From positions 64,001 to 128,000 of IMG/VR virus record IMGVR_UViG_3300042884_001120: 64,000 bases of DNA; one strand, written 5' to 3'. Made by a program: the position numbers and the translations under genes. Below the pieces are notes generated by a model. It made no database searches. It saw nothing but the letters and a program-made list of their open reading frames with translations, and was not told where the DNA came from. Below are positions 9,068-19,010 of the stretch, one piece after another. This stretch comes from a virus. The stretch's first letter is position 1. The number at the start of each line of letters is the position of its first letter.

Positions 9068-9683
9068 TTACAGAATTTATAGAATTTAAATGATTTGAGC
9101 CACCTAAATATGGACTTGGAAAAATAATTGGCACCCCACTCATCATGGAGGCCAATAAGATTATGTCTGTACTTAATATTTGAACAGGGGAAAAAGATGC
9201 TCCATCTGTTGGTAGTGGTTTTGTGCCGCCATTTTTATTCGTATCATCGCTTCTATAACCAATTAATGAGTAACATTTAATTTGACGTTTTCCATCTACT
9301 AGTTTTTTTACTCTGCCACTAGAATCAAACTCGTCTGTTGGGTTTATCCAGAACATATCTGGATAACTTTTCCATAAATTTGGATTATTCTGATTTACAT
9401 TTCCAGCCTCTGCTCCAACCGTTGTACACTTAATCTCGGCACCACTTACTTGAAGATTAGGTAATATTGTAAAATCTATATATATTTTTTGATTTGCCTC
9501 AAATGCTAATTTCTGATTTAAGCCCTTTATTGGTATAAAACTGCCAGTATTATAGCTAAAAGTAGAAAAACAAACACCATTGCTAACCATATAACCACTA
9601 CCCTCTCCAGTCCAAGGAACTATTTCAAATGGAATGTTTCTAGCTTCTTCTTGTGGAGTACTTTTTCTTCTAAAATAAGACAT
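9057..9683 (-). CDS. Putative tail-associated protein
   Basis: Likely start ATG 9683 (MSYFRRK), just after the upstream stop. Confidence 0.55.
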   Translation of the reverse strand: MSYFRRKSTPQEEARNIPFEIVPWTGEGSGYMVSNGVCFSTFSYNTGSFIPIKGLNQKLAFEANQKIYIDFTILPNLQVSGAEIKCTTVGAEAGNVNQNNPNLWKSYPDMFWINPTDEFDSSGRVKKLVDGKRQIKCYSLIGYRSDDTNKNGGTKPLPTDGASFSPVQILSTDIILLASMMSGVPIIFPSPYLGGSNHLNSINSVNEL

Positions 9684-9696
9684 AATAATATATAAA

Positions 9697-12600
9697 TTAT
9701 AAATTTTTAATACCAAGTAATCTAAATGTAATACCAGTACCAGAAGGCCCAAAGTTCTTACCGCTAATAACGATATCCGCCACATCTATCTGCTCATTAT
9801 CTAAAGTATTTAAAATATTAGAGTAAAAAGATCTAAGCTGAATTACAGAAGAATTATTACCTATCGAGTTAGATTGTATAGAGTTATAGTAATTTAGCCC
9901 ACTTAAAAGATTATTATCCCTATATGAAATAATATTAAAGTTCATTCCAGTTTCTATATCCCAAACACCAGTAAAGGATCTTACTCCGGTAAATTTATTA
10001 ATATATCCTGTTATTGCACCAGAAGCGTATCCAGTATAATAACCTGTTGAAGCAAACGATACAGATGCCATTCCTGAAAAATTACTAGATGGAGACATTT
10101 GTAAATAAGAAGTTTTACCGCCAATTAATGTAGGATTTGGGATATTAATACCTGAGGTATTTGATGTTAAAGTAATAGAATTTCCAGAATCCCCAATAGC
10201 TATTGAAGTTAAAATTATTCCACTAGGCCCAAAAGCTGATCCAGTGCATAGAAAAACTCCCGAATTATTATTGATAATATCAACTAAGGCAGCTCTGGTA
10301 TTAAAAAAATCTGGTGCCAAATAATTTAAAGTATCATCATTATATGATATACTCTTATTATTAATAGATATAAAATCAAAATTATTTAATTTAGTATTAT
10401 CAATATAAACAACTCCAGTAGATTGCTGAAGCCCAGTTATTAATGGGTAATATGGATAATTATTATTATCAATATAATATCCACTTCCAGTAGCCATAAA
10501 TGATTGATTGTAATATCCATCATTGGAAAGGCCTCCTGTAATACCAGTTAGATAAAAATATCCAGTTACTCCAGTTTCACTATAACTCACTCCAGTTAAT
10601 AATCCAGTAAATTGTCCACTGGTTTTACCTGTTACATAAATATTATTATTTGAAAATAAACCACCAAGTGAGGTCGCCTTATCCACAATTGATTTTTTTA
10701 TAATAGTTTCCTCCGTAGAAAAAATACCACTTCCAGTAATATTTTTTGTATAAGTTTTGTCAAAAACCACTTCTTTAGTTCCAGTGTCGTAAAAATAATA
10801 ACCATCAAAAGTATGCGATAATAAGCCAGTTCCAGTAAAATTTCTAGTCAAAAATCCCGTAATATTACCAATATACTTACCGCTTCTATTTAGAAACTTT
10901 ACATTCCCTTCATTTACTGTTGGAATATATTGAATTTCTTCATTATAAGCTCTATAAACACCACTCATAGAGTCTCCACTAATAGTATAGTTATAATCTC
11001 CACTAAAAATAAGTGGTACAATATCACCTATATTAACAGTATAATCAGCACCTATTAAACATGATGACTGTCCAGAATGAGTGGTGATTCCAGTTTTTAA
11101 AGCGGAAAATAAATTTAAATTTTTGAAATAAACTTCATTTTTAGGTATTGAATAACTTTCCCTTCCTGCTGGTATTACGCCACTGAAATTTCTTGCAACT
11201 ATTCTATATCTATCAAAATTCAAATTAGTAATATCATATCCACTATTTGATAACCAGCAATTTAAATATTGTCCAGTTGGATCTAATACCCATCCAGTTC
11301 TAATATAAGATAAATATACATCTTCACTTTTTCCCTTATCTCCAATATTATCTGCCGTTACTCCCGAGCATAAATAACAATTGGTATCTGGAAAACTATA
11401 TTTAATAGCTATCGTAGGAACGTTTCCCTTGGAACACGCTTCCGAATCTTGTACTAAATTTAATTTTAATTTTTCAGACCATTTTGCGCAAGGGTCAACC
11501 AGATCGCTCCCACTGCACCCATTTACTCCAATTGGCCAACCAGTTGGGGTTTCAACTTTTATATCTCTAGATACTTGAATGGGCCCTCCACACTCTGGTT
11601 TAAGGTTTAGTGTTGATAATTGCGTTAAATCTAAAATAGTTTTAAAACCACCACTTATAGGATTTTCCACAAGAGTAATTTCTTCATTAGTAAAGTCTTG
11701 ATCTAATGACGCCATGCCTTGTCCAGAAGACAAGAAGTTATCATTTTGCATGTTTAATTTAATCGTGTCACCCTTTCCTGTAAGAAGTTTATACAATCCA
11801 CTTCTACGATCCAGTACTGCCCACCTACCATCAAGAGATCTCATAGCATTTGTTTGGCCCTGTATTTCTATAACATCTGGAATTAAGTAATCAAAACCAT
11901 TTTTTATGCTTTTTGTATAAGTTTCAGAATACTGTGGACTCCTATCCACTAAACTAAGACTGAAATTAAAACCTGATATATAATTTCTAAGAGATTTAAA
12001 TCTAATGATATTATTGTAATCTTCCTTGCCACTGTATTCTATACCAGTTAGTTTTTCGAATTGCATTAAACTTCCAGTTATATAAATCCCACTTGACTGC
12101 CCAGACAAACATTCATATGGATACCACACTGGGTAAGATCTTCCTAACCTATTATTAAGTGCGGAATTTAAACTGTCAATGCTATTAAAATCGTTTGGAT
12201 AAAATAATGAAAATCCAGTTGTTGGATAAATTGGATTATTATTTAAATGATAAGCTTTATACAAACCAGTATAGTCATAAGTATATAAAGAAAAAGACAA
12301 ACTGTCACCACTAATGAAATTGTTATATTTAATTTCACCAGTTCTAGTTGCAAAAAAATCAGTAATTGAAGAATTCTGTGTTACAGTATTTTGAGAAGCC
12401 GCACCATCGAAACCTTTAAAGAACGGATCACTTTTAAATCCAGATTTAAGTCCAGATATGTATTGATCATATGCAGTACCAGAAAGTGCTCCAGTATAAC
12501 ATATAACAATATCTTCAGGTGTCTCAATATCACCACACTCCGTAGGTTTAATACAGTAACCAGAATACGATGTAAAACTAATGCCAGTTGATTGCGAAAG

Positions 12601-14184
12601 AGATGGTATCTTTAAACTTTTTAAATAATTTAGTTTATTTTGTTCTTCATACCCACTATTAACTACTATATTATCAAAAGTAATTTTTTGAACAAGTTCT
12701 ACGGCATAAGAAAAAACATTCTTAGATAAACCTGACATATTAACACCCGTAGAAACATCATAAGCAGCCCAAATTTTATCATCCGCTGACAGTACTGAAT
12801 AAGTTGGCGGCTTAAAATTTAAATTTTTTACTTTAACACCTTGCCTAACTAGCTGTTGTGGAGAGAAAGTATCTTTAATTTTAAAATTTGTACTATAAAA
12901 ATCTTCATAAAAATAATCTGACACAATAACACCAGCATCTCCAGTAGCGATCCCAGTATAATTAAATTTTGCAAATTCTCCACTATTTTCTAACCAAGAA
13001 TCTCCACTTTTATATAGCCATAAATTTTTATATACCTCTATTGCCGTGTCAGTTGGATAGCTATACCTATCATCGTTTTGATATAATATATTACGACCAG
13101 ATCCATTATTATATATAGTAGATACTTGCAATGGTGAAATTGTTTTATTCCATATAGCAACTTCATCTACTAATCCACTAAATGGATTAAACATAATGTC
13201 TCCACTAACAAAACCGCCAAGACCGAATCCAGTAAATAGTCTATCAAATGTACTTGAATAAGAACCGGCCAAACTACCATTCCAGTACAATTTCATGCCA
13301 ACATTTTGCTGCGATGTTAACACAACATGATTCCATCTATTTGGTAGCCAAGGTTGATATTGTGCAATATTAGCACTCTCCACCCCATCATATACCCAAC
13401 CACCTAATCCAGTATTATCTTTATCAGCTAAAACTAGCGCCTGATTTCTTCCAGTTATTCCAGTTCCAGATATGGTACCAAGCGTCCAAATACAAGAAAG
13501 TTGATCAATGCCGCTCATGTTATAAGCATTAAACCAACAAGAAATAGAGTAATTATTTGGACCAACAACTATTCCAGTAGAGTTAAGGTAGTTAAGTCTG
13601 GAGTCTGAAACAAAAGCTGCGGCAGCGTTATTAATTCCACTTGCAGACCCGACAAAGCCTGATTGTAATAAAGTATTATTTTGCCCATTAATGCTATTGG
13701 GCCTATTTCCGGCAAATTGATTTAGTTTCCAATAAGCAATCAAATCATTAGTTAAAAATCCACTATATATCCCACTTCCACTTCCAATAGTTTGACCAAG
13801 AGAAACTATAGCTCGATTATATTCAGAACCTATAGACCCATTATTAGTAGCTATAATTAAGTTATTTCTTAAAAAATCTCCAGAACCAGAGGTGTAAGTA
13901 GAAATAAATTCAAATTCATCAATAAAATCTAAATTGGTAGTATTAAATACCTCGAAGGCATATTGCCATGTAGGAGTTGGCGTTGGGGTTGGGGTCGGCG
14001 TGGGGGTTGGGGTAGAAGTTGGGGTTGGTGTAGGCTCAGTAACATCCACTAAAATAGCTAAATTATAAGTGTTACCAGCCGAAATACCACTAGCCAATCT
14101 TCCAGTAACTAAATTCGGGACATAGTTCTCCAAAGAGTCGCCAGAACCCCAAGCATATAGATATCCAGTTTGATTAGTTGCCAT
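9697..14184 (-). CDS. Large tail fibre/spike protein: single RCC1 repeat, PT linker, LamG/concanavalin domain, S/T-G-rich body
   Basis: LIAYWKLN...YSISCWFN...WNHVVLT...KLYWNG...FSGLVDEVAIWNKTIS is a LamG_3 pattern; (PT)n linker. Confidence 0.75.
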   Translation of the reverse strand: MATNQTGYLYAWGSGDSLENYVPNLVTGRLASGISAGNTYNLAILVDVTEPTPTPTSTPTPTPTPTPTPTPTWQYAFEVFNTTNLDFIDEFEFISTYTSGSGDFLRNNLIIATNNGSIGSEYNRAIVSLGQTIGSGSGIYSGFLTNDLIAYWKLNQFAGNRPNSINGQNNTLLQSGFVGSASGINNAAAAFVSDSRLNYLNSTGIVVGPNNYSISCWFNAYNMSGIDQLSCIWTLGTISGTGITGRNQALVLADKDNTGLGGWVYDGVESANIAQYQPWLPNRWNHVVLTSQQNVGMKLYWNGSLAGSYSSTFDRLFTGFGLGGFVSGDIMFNPFSGLVDEVAIWNKTISPLQVSTIYNNGSGRNILYQNDDRYSYPTDTAIEVYKNLWLYKSGDSWLENSGEFAKFNYTGIATGDAGVIVSDYFYEDFYSTNFKIKDTFSPQQLVRQGVKVKNLNFKPPTYSVLSADDKIWAAYDVSTGVNMSGLSKNVFSYAVELVQKITFDNIVVNSGYEEQNKLNYLKSLKIPSLSQSTGISFTSYSGYCIKPTECGDIETPEDIVICYTGALSGTAYDQYISGLKSGFKSDPFFKGFDGAASQNTVTQNSSITDFFATRTGEIKYNNFISGDSLSFSLYTYDYTGLYKAYHLNNNPIYPTTGFSLFYPNDFNSIDSLNSALNNRLGRSYPVWYPYECLSGQSSGIYITGSLMQFEKLTGIEYSGKEDYNNIIRFKSLRNYISGFNFSLSLVDRSPQYSETYTKSIKNGFDYLIPDVIEIQGQTNAMRSLDGRWAVLDRRSGLYKLLTGKGDTIKLNMQNDNFLSSGQGMASLDQDFTNEEITLVENPISGGFKTILDLTQLSTLNLKPECGGPIQVSRDIKVETPTGWPIGVNGCSGSDLVDPCAKWSEKLKLNLVQDSEACSKGNVPTIAIKYSFPDTNCYLCSGVTADNIGDKGKSEDVYLSYIRTGWVLDPTGQYLNCWLSNSGYDITNLNFDRYRIVARNFSGVIPAGRESYSIPKNEVYFKNLNLFSALKTGITTHSGQSSCLIGADYTVNIGDIVPLIFSGDYNYTISGDSMSGVYRAYNEEIQYIPTVNEGNVKFLNRSGKYIGNITGFLTRNFTGTGLLSHTFDGYYFYDTGTKEVVFDKTYTKNITGSGIFSTEETIIKKSIVDKATSLGGLFSNNNIYVTGKTSGQFTGLLTGVSYSETGVTGYFYLTGITGGLSNDGYYNQSFMATGSGYYIDNNNYPYYPLITGLQQSTGVVYIDNTKLNNFDFISINNKSISYNDDTLNYLAPDFFNTRAALVDIINNNSGVFLCTGSAFGPSGIILTSIAIGDSGNSITLTSNTSGINIPNPTLIGGKTSYLQMSPSSNFSGMASVSFASTGYYTGYASGAITGYINKFTGVRSFTGVWDIETGMNFNIISYRDNNLLSGLNYYNSIQSNSIGNNSSVIQLRSFYSNILNTLDNEQIDVADIVISGKNFGPSGTGITFRLLGIKNL
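13970..14040 (-). repeat. Pro-Thr tandem repeat (linker)
   Basis: TEPTPTPTSTPTPTPTPTPTPTPT, 6-bp periodicity. Confidence 0.9.
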
Positions 14185-14243
14185 ATTATTCCTTTTGCCT
14201 TATAATATTACACTTGATATATTATTTTTTTAAATTTATATGA

Positions 14244-15071
14244 TTAATAATCATAGTAATAAATGCCCAAACACGGCGGTATTGGCTTTGGAGGAGAACC
14301 GCTAGATTGTGGCGTACTAGTTAATAATAAGCCATGTGGATAATTTATATCAATATCCCTTACTCCAGTTAAACCTGTTGGGAACGGGTTTGGGAAAAGG
14401 CCTTCCTCACCACCCCATATCTGAATACCTGAACCTGCTCCACTATGAAAAGTAACTGTACAGTAATCATCTGCATAGATATCATAAATATCTGCTAAAA
14501 CTGTTGGAAAACTTAATTGACCATAGCTATCGTCTCCCCATCCAGTAATAGTATTATCATTTAACAATGCCACCGCGTGTGTCCATCCAGCCGAGATTTT
14601 TTTTACGCCAGTTAATGAATCACCTCCATATACTCGATTATAATAATCTATTCCCCATCCAGTTATTTTATTTTGTAATGTAATTGCCAATCCGTAGTAT
14701 GAATTTACTGATATAGATTTTATTCCAGTTAGCTTCGGTACAATTTTTTCAGAATACATTTGCCCACAACCAGTTACAGTACTATTGCTATCTAGAATGT
14801 AAGTAGTGTATTGATCCACCGCTATATCAACAGCTGGATAACTAAAATTTGGAATATTTTTTTGTCCAAAATCTGAATCTCCAGTTCCCCAAGCCAGTAC
14901 TTGTCCATTGTCAGTAAGCGCAATAGCGTGTTCTATTCCAGCGGCCACTTTTTTTACATTGTATAGCCCACTAGCAAAATTAAATTTTTCTATAAATTTA
15001 CCTCCGTTTGGTAAATCCAAAGTCTTATTGCTATTATTTCCCCAACCTATTGCTTGTGTTGTTATAATCAT
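14244..15071 (-). CDS. RCC1-repeat protein (six repeats)
   Basis: Repeats such as VAAGIEHAIALTDNGQVLAWG and ISAGWTHAVALLNDNTITGWGDDSYGQ. Confidence 0.85.
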   Translation of the reverse strand: MIITTQAIGWGNNSNKTLDLPNGGKFIEKFNFASGLYNVKKVAAGIEHAIALTDNGQVLAWGTGDSDFGQKNIPNFSYPAVDIAVDQYTTYILDSNSTVTGCGQMYSEKIVPKLTGIKSISVNSYYGLAITLQNKITGWGIDYYNRVYGGDSLTGVKKISAGWTHAVALLNDNTITGWGDDSYGQLSFPTVLADIYDIYADDYCTVTFHSGAGSGIQIWGGEEGLFPNPFPTGLTGVRDIDINYPHGLLLTSTPQSSGSPPKPIPPCLGIYYYDY

Positions 15072-15074
15072 ATA

Positions 15075-18000
15075 TTATGGACATGGGCACCAATCGCCAC
15101 CACAGTCTAATGGTGCGTTTCGAGTTAAAACTGAGCTACCGATTACTAGCGAGGCGCCAGCTGCGGCCTCTTCGCCTTGTAGTTTTTTATTGCTAGCATA
15201 AACTCTAGTATTAGATGCATCAAAAGCCTGCGCTTCGACACTAGCATAAGTCGGTGTCCATAGCGGCATTGGACTAGGCCAAGATACGGTAATGGTATCT
15301 TCCGGCCCATTTAAGGTGCCGACTAATACTGGAGCACATCCAGCAGCTGCCGAATTTCCCGGTGCGGAGGCATACCCACCAGTTCTATAAACTCTTACAG
15401 GATAAGCAATCTCGTCACAACCTGCCGGTGATGATGGGTATGGAACCAATTCGACATCAACCACGCGCTCATGTGGTCTCCAATAACCGCCATCTCTATC
15501 AAATACACCGTCGGGACAGTTCGAGTCTAATGGTATGTCAAATTTACTAAAAGCAAAATTTCCTCGATGTACTATTAACTGTAAAGTTCCTCTTGAAGAT
15601 GGTTTTATAAAAGACACTGGATATCTATATATAAAACTAAAATTATTATTAGTTCTTGTTATAAGTGACTGCATCCCGCCATTTCTTCTATCATAAACAA
15701 TTCTTCCGCCATTAACTAGGTAAACTCTATAATCCACACTAGGATCACCCCCCATAATCTCTCCATCAATAACCCATGTACTACCACAAACATTAGAGTT
15801 CTCACAACAATATGCTTGAGATAGATTTACTCCATATTCAAACGGTGTACCTCGACCATTTATGGTGGGAAATTCTGGACACTCTCTAGGTGGTGGTGTG
15901 GGTCGTGGCGGATATACGGTTGGTGGAGGATTAAATACGTTGTCACAATCCGGACATTGTGGCGGTTCTGGCGGTTCTGGCGGTTCTGGTGGTTCTGGAG
16001 GCTGTGGCGGCTCTGGAGGCTCTGGAGGCTGTGGTGGTTCTGGGGGTTCTGGCGGTTCTGGTGGCTGAGGCGGAGGGGGCAATATATTTGGATCTATAAG
16101 CTTAAAATCTATAAAAGAACTATTATTGTAAGGATACACCACCTCGTTAACTGGTGTTACAGTTTTTGAGCAATTGCCGGACTCATCATCATATAGTGAA
16201 AAGGTAGCTGTTGTTCTTGCATAATTAACCGAAGGATGTTCAAATATATTACCAAGTTTATAATTTGTATTAACTTGAAGGGATAAGGTTCCATTGCTAG
16301 TTTTTTCGTATTTACTGTTTGGGTAAACTGGTATAGCAAAATACTTAACGCTTTCATTAGGTTTTAGTATATAATCAAATATAAAACCACTAATTCTATT
16401 TTCATCTGAAAGATAGGGCAAATTATTATTTGTATTTTGAAATTGGGCAACCAATGTTCCACTTTGCGTATAATTTGTATATCCAGTTCTATTAACTTGA
16501 AAAGCAATATATTGATCTTTCTCGCATCCAGTATAGTCGCTATGACTCAAATAAATATTAGAAGACATTTGGCTTGGCACTATATTTTTAGATCTTAATT
16601 CTAAAGTATGATAACCAGTAGAAAAATTTTGAGTAACATTTAATCCACCAGTTTGTCCTAATAAATTGTTATTATAATTTATGTAATACCCACCACTCCA
16701 CTGCGTACCAGTTCTCGTTTTTTCATAAAAAACATTTCCAAAACCTGTTTTAACAACTATTTCAGATGGTGCCACTTTATACAATATATTTTTATTATAA
16801 AATACACCCGTAGTACCAGTAAAAAACCCCAAAACCCCACTAACGTTCATACCAGAATAAACGCCGGAAGATATAAAATAACCTGTTTCAAAATTTAAAT
16901 AATTCAATTTATAGAAATTAGCATATAGCATTTCTCCAGTTGTTACTGATTTGAAATTAAATGACAATGGATATTGTATATAACTTTTACCTGTAATTTT
17001 AAAATTAACACTAGTATAATCTTCATCATCAAATAAATTATACTTACCAGATACGTATGTTATGTTTTGATATTGGGAAACTTTCTTATAGCCAGTTTCT
17101 TCCGTTGTTAATAATGGCTGTTTCCAACCTAGAAAATCTATTCCATAGCCTGAAATTTTGCTATTATCTTTTGATATATAACCACCGGTAAAATATGGTT
17201 TTTGATATATATTATCATATACACCACTAGTCCCGCCTATGGTTGTTCTTTTATATTGATAACCACCAATTCCAGTATTTTTTTCATAAACAAATTCACC
17301 GCTATCAACAGGTAAATTATATAATTTAACTATAGGTGTAAAAACTCCAGTTTCATCTTCCAAAGAAATGGAGTTAGGTATTCCAGTTACAGGAATTTCA
17401 AAATCTAAATCTATTTCGTCACATCCAGCAAAACTTTTTCCAGTGGATATTATTTGTGAAATTATACCTGTTGTGAACTTAGTTTCATCAAACTTATCTT
17501 TAATTGGATTAAAATTTTCTATTAAATTAGTATTCCCACTAACCATTCCACTAAATGGCCTTGAAAATACATAATAACCGGGTTCATATATTGAACCGAA
17601 GTCGCCCATAAACTTGCCAGAAAGCCTTTCTCCAGTTGCAAAACCATATCCAATTAGGCGAATTTTATCTGTAAAATTTCCAGTAACAAATATTGTTGGA
17701 CTGGTTAAATTAATAATTTCCAAATCCTTGGAAGCAAAATCACCAGTAATTTTTCCAGTATATGGCACGAATCCATTGAAATTACCACCACTAGATATAA
17801 TTCCATATACAAACTGATTAAATATAACTCCAGAAGCGTTACCAGTAATATTGCCACCAGTAACATTGCCACCTAAATAAGAAATGTATCCACTATAATT
17901 TATATTATTTGAATAGCCAGTTGCTAATAGGTCAGTAGTTCCTTGTATATCACCAATACCAGTAGCCAATGTACTATAAAAACCACTTACAATCTTATCA

Positions 18001-18992
18001 TCCGATATTTTATATAAAGAACCTAATCCGGTTCCAGTTCCAAATTCGTATTGTGAATTTAGCGCGTTTAAACCACTTAATAATCCAGTTATATTTCCAG
18101 ATAAATACCCAGTACCAGAAATAAATCCTGATACTATTCCAGAATTTTGAAATCCAGTAGACTCTACATTTCTATAATAATTTCCAGTTATTCCGCTAAC
18201 GTAATTCAAACCTATACTTAAATCAACACCAGAAGGATTTCTGAAAGATATATTATATAAATTATAGTTATTATTATAAATCGTATCATTTTCTGGCCCA
18301 AACGTAAGATAATATAAATCATCAGTAATTAGTCTACCAGAAATTTGAACGTATAAATCTTTTTTACCAATATCGCTATATATTGATATAGGTATATCTT
18401 GTGTTGCGGTATTGCCAGTTAACGAATTAACAATAAAGAAAGATGCGTTACCGTTAGCTGGAACAACTAAATTTGTTGCACCACTTAATGTAAAATTTCT
18501 ATTATTTGTACTGCCAGAAAATATAGTAAATGGACTAGATCCACTATTATATATAGTAAATGGAACTATCTCTCCAGCATAGAATACCAAGAATGGATTG
18601 TATGAAGTTTGTGGCGTTTTTCCTAAAATTGTTAAATTATTTAAATTAACACATTGTCCACTAACATCTTTAAGAACCACCTTATTCAGATCGCCAGTAG
18701 TATTTCTCTCTAAACCCAAATATAAAGGTATGTTATTTTTATATAAATCTAATGTTTTTGTACCAATATTTCCGGATAACCCCAAAATTTCATTGTTCAG
18801 ATATGAACCAACTACTTCGTTCTTTGGCGAAAGAATCTTACCATTATGAAGAGTAAATATATTACAATTACCACCGATCCCAGAAAAAGATGCCGAAAAT
18901 TTTCCATAAGTGTTTGCAATTTCATATGAAGAACTCCAATTTATACTTTTTTGTGGATAGATTGTCCTATACCTTTCACCTGTAATTACCAT
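15075..18992 (-). CDS. Large tail protein: S/T-G-rich region, Calx-beta-like domain, Pro-rich linker, Cys-rich C-terminus
   Basis: E...FQVNRTG...PNESVKYFAIPV...YE...ATFSLYDDE resembles Calx-beta; position after the baseplate genes. Confidence 0.65.
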   Translation of the reverse strand: MVITGERYRTIYPQKSINWSSSYEIANTYGKFSASFSGIGGNCNIFTLHNGKILSPKNEVVGSYLNNEILGLSGNIGTKTLDLYKNNIPLYLGLERNTTGDLNKVVLKDVSGQCVNLNNLTILGKTPQTSYNPFLVFYAGEIVPFTIYNSGSSPFTIFSGSTNNRNFTLSGATNLVVPANGNASFFIVNSLTGNTATQDIPISIYSDIGKKDLYVQISGRLITDDLYYLTFGPENDTIYNNNYNLYNISFRNPSGVDLSIGLNYVSGITGNYYRNVESTGFQNSGIVSGFISGTGYLSGNITGLLSGLNALNSQYEFGTGTGLGSLYKISDDKIVSGFYSTLATGIGDIQGTTDLLATGYSNNINYSGYISYLGGNVTGGNITGNASGVIFNQFVYGIISSGGNFNGFVPYTGKITGDFASKDLEIINLTSPTIFVTGNFTDKIRLIGYGFATGERLSGKFMGDFGSIYEPGYYVFSRPFSGMVSGNTNLIENFNPIKDKFDETKFTTGIISQIISTGKSFAGCDEIDLDFEIPVTGIPNSISLEDETGVFTPIVKLYNLPVDSGEFVYEKNTGIGGYQYKRTTIGGTSGVYDNIYQKPYFTGGYISKDNSKISGYGIDFLGWKQPLLTTEETGYKKVSQYQNITYVSGKYNLFDDEDYTSVNFKITGKSYIQYPLSFNFKSVTTGEMLYANFYKLNYLNFETGYFISSGVYSGMNVSGVLGFFTGTTGVFYNKNILYKVAPSEIVVKTGFGNVFYEKTRTGTQWSGGYYINYNNNLLGQTGGLNVTQNFSTGYHTLELRSKNIVPSQMSSNIYLSHSDYTGCEKDQYIAFQVNRTGYTNYTQSGTLVAQFQNTNNNLPYLSDENRISGFIFDYILKPNESVKYFAIPVYPNSKYEKTSNGTLSLQVNTNYKLGNIFEHPSVNYARTTATFSLYDDESGNCSKTVTPVNEVVYPYNNSSFIDFKLIDPNILPPPPQPPEPPEPPEPPQPPEPPEPPQPPEPPEPPEPPEPPQCPDCDNVFNPPPTVYPPRPTPPPRECPEFPTINGRGTPFEYGVNLSQAYCCENSNVCGSTWVIDGEIMGGDPSVDYRVYLVNGGRIVYDRRNGGMQSLITRTNNNFSFIYRYPVSFIKPSSRGTLQLIVHRGNFAFSKFDIPLDSNCPDGVFDRDGGYWRPHERVVDVELVPYPSSPAGCDEIAYPVRVYRTGGYASAPGNSAAAGCAPVLVGTLNGPEDTITVSWPSPMPLWTPTYASVEAQAFDASNTRVYASNKKLQGEEAAAGASLVIGSSVLTRNAPLDCGGDWCPCP
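15958..16080 (-). repeat. (PPE/PPQ)n 9-bp tandem repeat
   Basis: Units such as GGCGGTTCT/GGAGGCTGT encoding PPQPPEPPEPPEPPQ. Confidence 0.9.
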
Positions 18993-19010
18993 AATAATTA
19001 TTTACACTTT

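Noticed and set aside
15862-16169. Plus-strand GGS-rich and WRF-rich ORFs
   Set aside because: Antisense shadows of the (PPE/PPQ)n repeat.
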